Positions 13,560 through 24,842 are shown, counted from the first letter of the stretch. The stretch: DNA of 64,000 nucleotides from Octopus sinensis (GCF_006345805.1 NW_021833077.1:20737-84736), one strand, 5' to 3'. Translations and numbers: made by a program. The notes: generated by a model from the letters alone, not told the origin.

Positions 13560-13765
13560 ACCTCGTCTGTACCACTGGCGATTTTTTTTCCTCTGTCCCT
13601 TCTCTGGATCTTTCCTTCTCCTATGTTTCCGACGAAGAGCTCCGCTCGAAACGTTAAACCCTCCTTCTCCCTTCTTTCCTGAGCGTCCAATAATACTTTA
13701 TTTGTTCCACGTCCTCGCGTTGTTGTGTTTTTTGTTTTTGTTTTTGTTTTTGTTTGGATTAACTT
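13560..13765 (+). mobile_element. Penelope-like terminal repeat carrying minimal hammerhead (U4C family)
   Basis: Second copy of 8212-8425, embedded in TG/TA microsatellites. Confidence 0.7.
13625..13659 (+). ncRNA. Minimal type-I hammerhead ribozyme motif (U4C core variant)
   Basis: GTTT-CCGACGA-A-GAGC-TCC-GCTC-GAAA-CGT-T-AAAC, identical to the motif at 8312-8346. Predicted cut after 13655. Confidence 0.6.
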
Positions 13766-13817
13766 TATATATATATATAACGCACCCACACACACATTAT
13801 ATATATATATACGCATG

Positions 13818-13920
<103 letters not shown>

Positions 13921-14285
13921 AATATACATAAATATATATGCGTGTGTGTGTGTGTGTTTGTTTTTGTGTGTCTGTATACATCCGTTATATACTTGTATAG
14001 TCGGATAACTGTGTAATGCGATTGGTTGTTTGTTGCGTCTATGGCGCGGTATTTATACTCCATACTGTTGTAGGTGCGGAATACTATTAATTTGTTTATG
14101 CTAAGTTGGTAAGTTAAAAGCAGTGGTATTCAGGCTGATCTTGATTGGTGGGGTTCCTTGATTATCCCTAGAAATCCCTTTGTATCAGGAAAACCCAATC
14201 ACTATCATTTTCCTTTTCCTTCTACTTCTGGGGTTGTATACAATGTATGCTTCCCTTCTTGTTATGTATACCGTTTATACCGGTT

Positions 14286-14347
14286 TATTATTATTATTAT
14301 CATCATTATTATTATCATCAACATCATCATCATCATCGTCATCATCA

Positions 14348-14414
<67 letters not shown>

Positions 14415-14478
14415 CATTATTATCATTATTATTATTATTATAATTATTATTATTATTATTATTATTATTATCATTATT

Positions 14479-14509
<31 letters not shown>

Positions 14510-14517
14510 TATTATTA

Positions 14518-14548
<31 letters not shown>

Positions 14549-14922
14549 ATTCCATCATATGTAAATCCCCACACTTTATTCCTGTTTTTGTATTGTCCCC
14601 CTCATCCTTCGCCCTTGTGGCACATAAAAGAGATCGTTATTATATCGTCAGCCATTAAGGAACATGCTCGACTGGTTATGGTCAAACATCTAACTCACAA
14701 GTCTGTGATACTGAGCAGAATATTTGCTATGATTATTATGATTATTATTATTATTATTATTTATTATTATTATTATTTATTATTATTTATTATTATTTAT
14801 TATTATTTATTATTTATTATTTATTATTATTATTATATTATTATTATTATTTATTATTTATTATTATTATTAATTATTATTAATTATTATTAATTATTAT
14901 TATTATTATTATTATTATTATT
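14286..14922. repeat. (ATT)n/(CAT)n microsatellites enclosing a diverged ~100-bp fragment (14630-14730) of the TAA-embedded element
   Basis: Direct reading. The fragment matches ATATCGTCAGCCAYTAAGG.ACATGCTC.ACTGGTTA at ~15285-15370. Confidence 0.85.
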
Positions 14923-15470
14923 GAGTGAGAGAGCAGTTCATGCCATCAAAGTGACACTGGGGTAAAAATACGAAGCCCAATATACCCATCATGACTACCC
15001 GTCTGATAAGGTACACCAGGCACATGCATCACAACCATATGTGCGCGACATGGTGATCTCATATCAGAGAAACAGCACATGACCTTGCAGGTGGGGCCCA
15101 GTTAGAATTTTCTTCAGGTTGAGTAGCCCATCCCGCTCAAACGGTCCTGAATAAGGTTGTTTAAGGATGTTGAAAGAACCACCCATGTTTCCAGAGGTGA
15201 ACTATTCAAACCCCAAAGAATCCCTCTCAACACATGGCTATGATGCTCCCCCACTACTTCTGCTCGTGATCAGAGATGCACATATCGTCAGCCACTAAGG
15301 GACATGCTCAACTGGTTAAGGTCAAACAACTGACAAGCAAATCTGTGGTATTGAGCAGAATATTTGCTGTAGCCCATCTTTTATACCAAGACAAAACAAT
15401 GTACATGTTAACACCTCCAATCAGTTAAGATCAGAAGCCATGAGAGCCACTGCCTGGTACTGCATCAGGG

Positions 15471-15472
<2 letters not shown>
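14923..15472 (-). mobile_element. 550-bp non-coding element embedded in (TAA)n
   Basis: Reverse complement of 60826-61374 and 61408-61955. Both ends abut TAA repeats. Confidence 0.85.
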
Positions 15473-15507
<35 letters not shown>

Positions 15508-15598
15508 TATTATTATTATTATTATTAATTATTATTAATTATTATTATTATTATTATTTATTATTATTGATTATTATTATTATTATTATTATTATTAT

Positions 15599-15631
<33 letters not shown>

Positions 15632-15639
15632 TATTATTA

Positions 15640-17128
15640 TTCCTTTATAACACAGTGTAGATAAAAATGTACCGGAGTCTTTAGTTATCTGTCAAGTCAC
15701 AACAAGGACCTCAGATAGATAATACTTTCCTAAGATGTGCGCTGTGCCCAATAAGGCTGGTTTTTGCAAGACTTCAATCTTGCATGGGATTTCCAGTTGC
15801 CTTAAGAAGTCTTGAAGGTTCAATATGATTGAACCCAACGCTCCGATCACCACTGGTATCACTTTTACATTACCCTTTCGCATTCCATATAGTCTTGCCA
15901 TTTCAATTTTCAATTCGAAACACTTGGTGATATTTTTCAACCATTTGGTATGGCTACAGCAATGATCTGACAGTATTTGTCTCTCTTATTCAAGATGACA
16001 ATATCCAGCCGACGGTGTTCCATCCTTCTGAAAATCATTGTCCCAGAGTATAGTTACTTTTCTATCCACCTGCATGACTTTACTTAGTACATGCTCATAC
16101 CAGTTCTCTGTTATTTCATACTGGTATTTACGACATAAGGGCCAATGAAGATACACACGCATTTTATCGTGGCGGCGCTTGTATTCTTTCTGTGCAAGGT
16201 TCTCACATCCACTTACCAAGTGGGTCACATTTTCCACACTCTTTCCACAGAGTTTGTATTTCTGGGTGTCAGAAGTTTTATAGATATTATACTTCACTGA
16301 ATTGGTAGCGAGAGCCTTATTTTGTGCAGCAATGATCTGGCTTTCGGTGGTACACCTGAAATCACCTTGCTCAAGCTATGCCCACGATGCTGTATTATCC
16401 TTAACGTCTTGTGTATTCCTTTCAAACTGTCCATGCATTCTAATTTCAAGGTCTTTTCTCTTCTCCTCAACTCTTTGGTTAAACTCTTCCTTGCCTACCT
16501 TTTCATCTGCATTTACACCCATATATTTCGTGGCATATTGCAGCAGGTCTTCATCACTATTTATCAAATACTCGGCAAGCGTTCTCCTTTCACTCCTTAT
16601 ACAATGGTCCATACTAATTAGTCCTCTGCTACCATTCTTTCTTTTCATATACAGTCTGTTTACGTTTGCTTTAGGGTGTAGTGCCCCATGCAGTGTCATC
16701 AACTTTCTCATCCTTTTACTCAGTGTTGATATTTCCTCCTCAGGCCATTTAAGGATGGACGCACTATATCTGACCACCGCAACCGCCCAGATATTCATTA
16801 CGGTAATCAAATTTTTGGCATCCAGGTTGAATTTCAACACCATCTTCATCCTTTTTTGATACCACTCGCTGACCTTGATTTTCATTTCTCTGTGTAGAAT
16901 GTCATCCAGCTCCAAAATCCTTAAATATCTATACCCACTACCGTCGGGTTCACCCATGGTCTCTCCTGATGGTAACCGAAATCCTCTGCAAGCTGCTTTC
17001 TTCCCTCTTTTTATATTAAGTACTAAGCATTTGGTAATCCCGAATTCCATACCGACGTCCCTACCACACTTCCAGACTGTTTTGGTTAAGGAATGTATCT
17101 TTCTATCTCTTTGTGTACATAGGAACAT
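15640..17128 (-). mobile_element. R4/Dong-clade non-LTR retrotransposon, 3' part (RT end, CCHC finger, restriction-like endonuclease), frameshifted
   Basis: Motifs DVGMEFGITKC, YRYL.ILE, N.WAVAVVRYSA, HGALHPKANVNRLYMKRKNGSRGL, MHGQF, TESQIIAAQ, C..ENVTHLVSGC..LAQKEYKRRHD, LWD, VIPVVIGALG, LQK.ALLGTAHIL. A short 3' UTR ends in (AAT)n at 15473-15640. Confidence 0.9.
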
Positions 17129-17199
17129 ATCTCTTTCTCTCTCCCCCGGTTGTCCCCCTCCTACAGCTGTCTGCCACTTTATTTTCTACCACACACACA

Positions 17200-17230
<31 letters not shown>

Positions 17231-17388
17231 GCACGCACGTGTTCTATCAGAACGGTTTTCGAAATGATTCGCATGACAAAATGCTAGCTAAATCGAAAAC
17301 CAAATTTAAAAAATAGAATAATTGTGAAATATGCCACAGAACCACTGCTGGAAGCCAATGCTTTATCGTCATATAGCCTGGGAGTATT

Positions 17389-17982
17389 GGCTTCAAATTT
17401 TGGCGCAAAGCAAGTAATCATGAGGGGTGGAGTTGAGTCAATTATATCGCCCCAGTACTTGACTAGTACTTTATTGTATTGACCACGAAGGGATGAAATG
17501 CAAAGTCGGCCTCGGTGTAATTTGAACTCAGAACGTAAAGAGATATACCGGTAAGCATTTCGTCCTACCTACTAACGATTCTTATTTCTTTATTGCACAC
17601 AAGGGGCTAAACATAGAGGGGACAAACAAGGACAGTCAAAGGGATTAAATCAATTACATCGACCCCAGTGCGTAACTGGTACTTTATTTATCGACCCCGA
17701 AAGGATGAAAGGCAAAGTTGACCTCGGCGGAATTTGAACTCAGAACGTAACGGTAAGACGAAATACTTCTTTCTTTACTGCCCACAAGGGGCTAAACACA
17801 GAGAGGACAAACAAGGACAGACAAACGGATTAAGTCGATTATATCGACCCCAGTGCGTAACTGGTACTTATTTAATCGACTACGAAAGGATGAAAGGCAA
17901 AGTCGACCTCGGCGGAATTTGAACTCAGAACGTAACGGCAGACGAAATACCGCTAAGCATCTAACGTTTCTGCCAACTCGCC
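17389..17982 (-). mobile_element. SINE family B, head plus 3 units (last unit with a different, diverged tail)
   Basis: Repeated ATCGACCCCGAAAGGATGAAAGGCAAAGT at ~17480, 17690 and 17875. Confidence 0.85.
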
Positions 17983-18920
17983 TACCTACTAACTATTCTG
18001 CCCGCTCAACACCTTTTAATCCGAGAGTATTATAGATTAAAATACCCTAGGCATGGGTACAACAACACATAAATGAATGCATTAGCTAAGAACGAACCCT
18101 CGGCGTCACTGATTGAATGTATAATGAAACTCGGTCAACTATCGATCTGACAGCTACAAAAATATTTTTTTCCCACCTAACTCAACAAGGACCAAATACT
18201 ATTTCAAATTATACAAAAGATTAAAGCGGAGAAGGTAAAATTTCAACAAGCGCACACAATAGCATTTAGCAAGCAACAATTAAGGACCCAATGCAACGTG
18301 ACTGATTCTATCAAGCAGAAGCAGGTTTTTAAAAATAGATCCACTGAACAAAATGAAATTTTACTAGAAAAACAAGTACCGACAGTAAACAGGAGTGCAG
18401 CAATAAATATTGCGATAAAAGAGAACAGTATATTATTTCGTGTGTATGTGTAAGTTTTTTGTGTATGGGTTGAATAGTGCTCGATTTGGAAGAAACAAGA
18501 GGAAAAGCTGAGAGCATATTTTTAAGTAGATGTGTCATTGGGGGTGAGAAAGTAAAATATCAGTTCAAAAAGATCATTCTGTGTTAAACAAAACAACTAT
18601 TTCCAGATGGCATTTATATAGCGATACCATACCTGATAAGGCGGGTAAACAAGTATGTATTTAGATATGCATATATGTATGTTAGTATGTGCGTGTGAGT
18701 GTGTGCTCATACACACAAACATATATATATATATATATATACACACACGCGCGCGCGCGCACACACATATATATATATATATACACACACATACATACAC
18801 ACACGCACACATATATGTACCCACACACATAGACACGTGTATGTATGTATCTATGGGTGTATATATATATATATTATATATATATATATATACACATATA
18901 TATGTGTGTGTGTGTGTGTA

Positions 18921-19264
18921 TCTCTTTTATTCTTTTATTTGTTGCAGTCATTTGACTGTGGCCATGTTGGAGCACCGCCTTTAGTCGAGCAAATCGACCA
19001 CAGAATTTATTCTTTGGAAGCCTAGTATTTATTCTATCGGTCTCTTTTTGCCGAACCGCTATGTTACGGGGATATATATATATACATACATATATATATA
19101 TATACATATATACGACGGGCTTCTTTCAGTTTCCGTCTACCAAATCCACTTACAAAGCTTTGGTCGATCCGAGGCTATAGTAGAGGACACTTGCCCAAGG
19201 TGCCACGCAGTGGGACTGAACTCGGAACCATGTGGTTCGTAAGCAAGCTTCTTACCACACAGCC
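18921..19264 (-). mobile_element. SINE family A
   Basis: Matches the 13009 copy. Confidence 0.85.
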
Positions 19265-19670
19265 AAATCCATATACAGTGTATAAGGATGAAAATGATAA
19301 CGACCCTTCTTGTGTCATATAGACTCATAGGGCTGGTTTCCCTTTTTGTGGGGTAACGTGAAATGAAGTGTTTTCCTCAAGGGTACAAAGCGTCAATAGG
19401 TCCGGGAATACGAAACAAGAATCTTCCAGGTTCGATGATTTTGCGAATCTTACATTATGTACAAACTCTATACTTGGAATGACCAATTGTAAATACTGTT
19501 GGATTTTACTCATAAGGTATTGGAATATTATATGTATACCATTCTGCCTTAAAAAATGGTTCTACAAATTCAATATCCCTACATATCTCACATCTATTTT
19601 CTTTCCTCCGCCTCACTCTCTATTTTGTATCCCATCTAAATTAACTATTTCTTAACCATTCTCTCACACC

Positions 19671-19722
19671 GTCTCTGATGAAGGGATATAATTAATAAAT
19701 ATCCTGGAAACAGCTGTAAGAC
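19671..19722 (+). ncRNA. Minimal type-I hammerhead ribozyme motif with canonical CUGAUGA core
   Basis: GTCT-CTGATGA-A-GGGATAT-(AATTAATAA)-ATATCCT-G-GAAA-CAGCTG-TA-AGAC. Stem I GTCT/AGAC, palindromic stem III ACAGCTGT, GUA triplet, predicted cut after 19718. Confidence 0.7.
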
Positions 19723-19810
19723 TTTCTATCTATAAATGTTCGAATATCTACACAACCTTGGGGTTTTTTATCTTATTACTCAAAAAATTCTTATATATAA
19801 TGATCCCCGA

Positions 19811-20410
19811 GGCGGCGAACTGGCAGAAGCGTTAGCGCGCTGGGCGAAATGCTTAGCGGTATTTCGTCTGTCGTTACGTTCTGAGTTCAAATTCCTCCGA
19901 GGTCGACTTTGCCTTTCATCCTTTCGGGGTCGATAAATTAAGTACCAGTTACGCACTGGGGTTGTTGTAATCAACTTAATCCCTTTGTCTGTCCTTGTTT
20001 GTCCCCTCTGTGTTTAGCCCCTTGTGGGTAATAAAGAAATAGGTATTTCGTCTGTCGTTACGTTCTGAGTTCAAATTCCGCCGAAGTCGACTTTGCCTTT
20101 CATCCTTTCGGGGTCGATAAATTAAGTACCAGTTACGCACTGGGGTCGATGTAATCGACTTAATACCCATGTCTGCCCTTGTTTGTCCCCTCTGTGTTTA
20201 GACCATTGTGGGTAATAAAGAAATAGGTATTTCGTCTGTCGTTACGTTCTGAGTTCAAATTCCGCCGAGGTCGACTTTGCCTTTCATCCTTTCGGGGTCG
20301 ATAAATTAAGTACCAGTTACGCACTGGGGTTGATGTAATCAACTTAATCCCTTTGTCTGTCTTTGTTTGTCCCCCTCTGTGTTTAGCCCCTTGTGGGCAG
20401 TAAAGAAATA
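19811..20410 (+). mobile_element. SINE family B trimer with ~20-bp TSD
   Basis: Units start at 19858, 20042 and 20226 (184 bp). ATATATAATGATCCCCGAGG at 19793-19812 and 20408-20427. Confidence 0.92.
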
Positions 20411-20756
20411 TATAATGATCCCCGAGGGAAATATATCAGATATTCTACAATGACCATGTTTCCTGTGGTACATTGATACATTGTACCAAATAGCTGGCGA
20501 AAAGCAAATGAGCACAATGATTAAAAAAAAAAAAATGCCGACTGATATGGATTGGTCACCAGCTGCAACAACAACTCAATGAATGCTATTGACACTGTCT
20601 GCCGCTTAAGATGCTACAAAGTGGAAAGCGCGAGAGGAAATGACCAAGAACGACTTACCACCGCATGATTCGTGCAGTCTGCAGGGTTTCGCTCAATGAA
20701 ACACTTCAAACGGCTGAAGCTGGTAATAAGCGGAAAGTCTTAATAAATTATGTCTG

Positions 20757-20980
20757 AGCTGGCAGAAACGTTAGTGCGCCGGGCGAAATGCGTAGCCGTA
20801 TTTCGTCTGTCGTTACGTTCTGAGTTCAAATTCCGCCGAGGTCGACTTTGCCTTTCATCCTTTCGGGGTCGATAAATGAAGTACCAGTTACGCAATGGGG
20901 TCGATGTAATCGACTCAATCCCTTTGTCTGTCCTTGTTTGTCCCCTCTATGTTTAGCCCCTTGTGGGTAGTAAAGAAATA
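20757..20980 (+). mobile_element. SINE family B monomer
   Basis: Head plus one unit. TATGTCTG at 20749-20756 and 20981-20988. Confidence 0.9.
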
Positions 20981-21310
20981 TATGTCTGCCAATGACTGAC
21001 TATACCCATTTTTCTAACCTCCCACCATTATTCATATTTCTCTGTTGAATTTTAATAATGGATATTGATTGATCGATATATATATCAATACACATACCTA
21101 CACACATACATACAATATTGCATTCTACTTGACACTGACTTCGCTTATAAATGTCGCCAATAGTGTTATTTTTCACGTTTTCAATTTCAGTATGTTGCCA
21201 ATTTTACCATAACCATAATAGATATTAGTTAATTTGCACATGCATTGAGTCCTTCATTCAGTCAATGTTCGTTCCTCCTATAGTGAAAACTACTTATTTT
21301 TAAAGTCATA

Positions 21311-21693
21311 AGAAGGGATATTAAAAAGTTCCCGGGCCAGTTTTGTTGCGCGCCAACAGATGGCAACACACGGTTGCGTGCACAGTGAGAGCTAGCAGTG
21401 ACCTTCATGAGGCAGTGTGCTGAGTGATATTGCTGTTTTTTTATTTGCAAGTTGTTGAATTTATGCTTTTGAGATCACGCGTATGTTGTGATTTTTGTCA
21501 TGGATAAGAAACTGGAACAAAGAGCCACGGAAAACCACCACAAGGCTCGATACAAAAGCGGCAGGAACGCTGGGATCGGTGCATTGCTGCGCAAGGTGAC
21601 TATTTCGAAGGAGATGATGTTGAAGTTTAGGTAAATTAGTTGTTTTTTTTTTATTAAACATAACATGTCCAGGAGCTTTTTGATACCACCTCG
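21311..21693. mobile_element. Tc1/mariner-type MITE (diverged TIRs)
   Basis: TA|AGAAGGGATATTAAAAAGTTCCCGG ... CCAGGAGCTTTTTGATACCACCTCG|TA. Confidence 0.65.
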
Positions 21694-21695
21694 TA

Positions 21696-22058
21696 TATAT
21701 ATTTCGATATGGTCATTTATTTCTTGCCAAATACACACACGCGCTGTATATTCGCCCTTCACTCGTTCGTTATTGCTCTTATTTTATATTATGTCCATTT
21801 CTGGAAATATTTCGTCACACATTTGTGACATATTCAGTGATCCTTTTTGTCCATGTGTATCCCCCATTCTTTGAACTACATGGACCAATAGGTTACACGT
21901 GGATGGAAAGGATCGCTCAAGAGGTCACAGATGTGCGACGAAATATTTCCAGTCAATGGACATAAGACGAAATAAGAACATTAATAAATGAATGAAGAAC
22001 GAATATATAGTGCGTGTGTTTATTTGGGAAGAAAAAAATTGACCATCCCGAAAAATAT
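21696..22058. mobile_element. Foldback element with ~135-bp imperfect inverted arms
   Basis: 21696-21829 is the imperfect reverse complement of 21924-22058, with a ~95-bp spacer. Confidence 0.75.
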
Positions 22059-22192
22059 CAATATTTGTTTCAAAACACGATTTCACATCAGGAATCTTGC
22101 AAACCAATTTCATATCTATGTATATATATATATATGTATGTGTGTGTGTATGTATGTATGTATGTATGTATGTGTATGTATGTATGTATATA

Positions 22193-22404
22193 CAGGGTCG
22201 CCCAAAAGTAGGTTTACAGTTATTCGACTATCTCTTTCGCATTCATAGATTAACAATTTAGATCTTAATTATAAAAAAATATGAAACCATCATTCTATGC
22301 TAATTTAGTTAATTGTAAGATAGAAATTTAGATGTAATAATATGTTTTAAAAGAAATTTATCGTGCCTACGTGATATCTGTAAACCTAATTTTGGGCCAC
22401 CCTG
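22193..22404. mobile_element. Tc1/mariner-type MITE, 212 bp
   Basis: TA|CAGGGTCGCCCAAAAGTAGGTTTACAG ... CTGTAAACCTAATTTTGGGCCACCCTG|TA. Confidence 0.85.
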
Positions 22405-22413
22405 TATACATAA

Positions 22414-22491
<78 letters not shown>

Positions 22492-22548
22492 TAAAACAAG
22501 AAAAGAGTAAAATATATATATATATAATATATATATAATATATATATC

Positions 22549-22767
22549 TTTTACTCTTTTACTTGTTTTAGTCATTTGACTGCGGCCATGCTGGAGCACC
22601 GCCTTTAGTCGAGCAACTCGACCCCGGGACTTATTCTTTTTGTAAGCCCAGTACTTATTCTATCGGTCTCTTTTTGCCGAACCGCTAAGTGACGGGACTT
22701 AAACCACCAGCATCGGTTGTCAAGCAATGCTAGGGGAACAAACACAGACACACAAACCACACACATA

Positions 22768-22804
<37 letters not shown>

Positions 22805-22998
22805 ATATAATATATATATATATATATACTATATACGACAGTTTTCTTTCAGTTTCCGTCTACCAAATCCACTCACAAGGCATTGGTCGGCCCGGGGCTA
22901 TAGCAGAAGACACTTGCCCAAGATGCCACGCAGTGGGACTGAACGCGGAACCATGTGGTTGGTTAGCAAGCTACTTACCACACAGCCACTCCTGCGCC
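22549..22998 (-). mobile_element. SINE family A with expanded internal (TA)n
   Basis: Full head and tail, with a ~90-bp TA tract at the internal site. Confidence 0.9.
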
Positions 22999-23042
<44 letters not shown>

Positions 23043-23582
23043 GAGAGAGAGAGAGAGAGAAAGGTACTTAATTACAAGCGGGAAGGTGGTGTCTGCTCTA
23101 ACGTAGAACCCCCTACTCTTTCTGTTAGTTATCTCTCTCGTTTAGATATCAATAACAATGATTTTCAGGTACTCTAGAACAAAGACTCCCTTCCTCCCTT
23201 TCTCACTACCCAAAATACATCTGCGCCCACTATCGCTCTCATAACTCGTCGAACCAGTAGCACTTCTTCAACTATATCTCCTTCGTTGACTACATATATC
23301 TCGTTTCACCCTTCTTCGAATTCATTGTTCTCGGCAACTACAGAAATCGTATCTTGTCGATCTATCTTTCATCTAACACCAGTGCAGTAGGCCCATAACC
23401 CGTAGCATTTACAGAACTCACCCCTCTTTATCAATTCCTCACTACGCCTAAACCCGTCTCAGATGGATATTCAGAAAGCCGAAATACTATCCTTCTCTCA
23501 CCTCAAAAATGACGTAATGTATCTTAAATCACACGCGCGCGCTCGCTCACACAGACACACACACACACACACACACACACAT

Positions 23583-23830
23583 GAAGGCGCGTGGCCTAGT
23601 GGTTAGGCTGTTGCCTCACGGTGCGTTCGATTCCCAGAGCGGGCGGCGAATTATTTTCTGGAGCAAAATACTTCATTTCAAGTTGCTCAAGTCTCCTTTT
23701 CATAGGCGGAGTGGGGAGCGTTGGCCTGGTCACTTGACTCGTTGGGTGGCGTTATGTGAAGGCTAAAATGATGCAAGACACATTGTGACCCGCGATGTAT
23801 AACAACATCTGACAGTCTTGTCGGTTAGGT
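23583..23830 (+). mobile_element. Diverged family C-like SINE
   Basis: GGCGCGTGGCCTAGTGGTTAGG...GTTCGATTCC...GAGCAAAATACTTCATTTCA. Confidence 0.65.
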
Positions 23831-23928
23831 GATCATGTATATATATATATATATATATATCTATATATATATATATTATATATATATATTATATATATAT
23901 ATACATACATAGATAGATAGATAGATAG

Positions 23929-23992
<64 letters not shown>

Positions 23993-24052
23993 ATAGCAAG
24001 ACAACAAAAGAATGAAAGAGACCTCGGTATTATGTAAATAGAGGAGCTTATC

Positions 24053-24267
24053 TGTAAGTATGATAAGTGACAATTATTCGGTAGCCATGATAAAACTCCG
24101 AGTTTCGGATGTCGGGGCGGAAACCCATGTCAGCATCTCTTCAGTTATCGGGCCATTCATAGCATTTTCCTATAACTGAAGAGATGCCGGCGTGGATTTC
24201 CGCCCCGACATCCGAAACTCGGAGTTTTATCATGCCTACCGAATAATTGTCACATATCATATTTACA
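24053..24267. repeat. 215-bp palindrome (96-bp arms, 23-nt loop), head-to-head Penelope-like termini
   Basis: 24053-24148 is the reverse complement of 24172-24267 with a handful of mismatches. Confidence 0.9.
24172..24230 (+). ncRNA. Type-I hammerhead ribozyme motif (mirror copy on minus strand at 24090-24148)
   Basis: ATAA-CTGAAGA-GATG...CATC-C-GAAA-CTC-G-GAG-T-T-TTAT. Stem I ATAA/TTAT, extended stem II, near-palindromic stem III, GUU triplet. There is one extra C before GAAA. Confidence 0.6.
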
Positions 24268-24842
24268 ACACACACCATATATATATATATATATACACAC
24301 ACATAAGGTTTGGGGTTCAGTCTCATTACTCTGAATTCTTTGCTCAATCTTCTTCATTCAAATATCTTCTGTTGTGGAGGTGTGATCATGTTTAATCTTG
24401 TGACTTGGCAAATGGAGATGACAGAACAATTACCAGCAGTACAAATATCTACTAAAGTCGATTTAACCGGCTAAAATCCTGATGTTCCCACTCCGGAATT
24501 GCCACTGTCCAGTATATGAAAAAAAAAAACACGTAAAGGAACTGAAAAAGAATAAACGTATAAAAATCACAGCAACCACTTGAATACATATTTCCTGCCG
24601 ACATTTTGAACGTTTCTGATAATAAAAGCTGCAAGTTGCTAAAATTAGTTTGTATTTATCTATCTTATTTGGGAGAGGCTTATATAGTGGTAAATGTTAA
24701 AATAGAGTAAATACAATGTATTTTATCTGGTGTTGTCAGCGATTCTAAACCTGGAGTCTAAACCAGAAGTGTCACATTTTGGTCGCGGTTCATTGACTAA
24801 TGCCAATTAAAGAATGACATATGTATTGTGCATGTGTGTGTG

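Noticed and set aside
17215-17232. (CG)n run after (CA)n as a functional Z-DNA element (also ~18748)
   Set aside because: Short and readily explained by microsatellite motif drift.
19858-20410. ~184-bp tandem units as a CRISPR array or a hammerhead-containing retrozyme
   Set aside because: There are no unique spacers or cas genes and the context is eukaryotic. No CUGANGA...GAAA hammerhead core was found on either strand of the unit.
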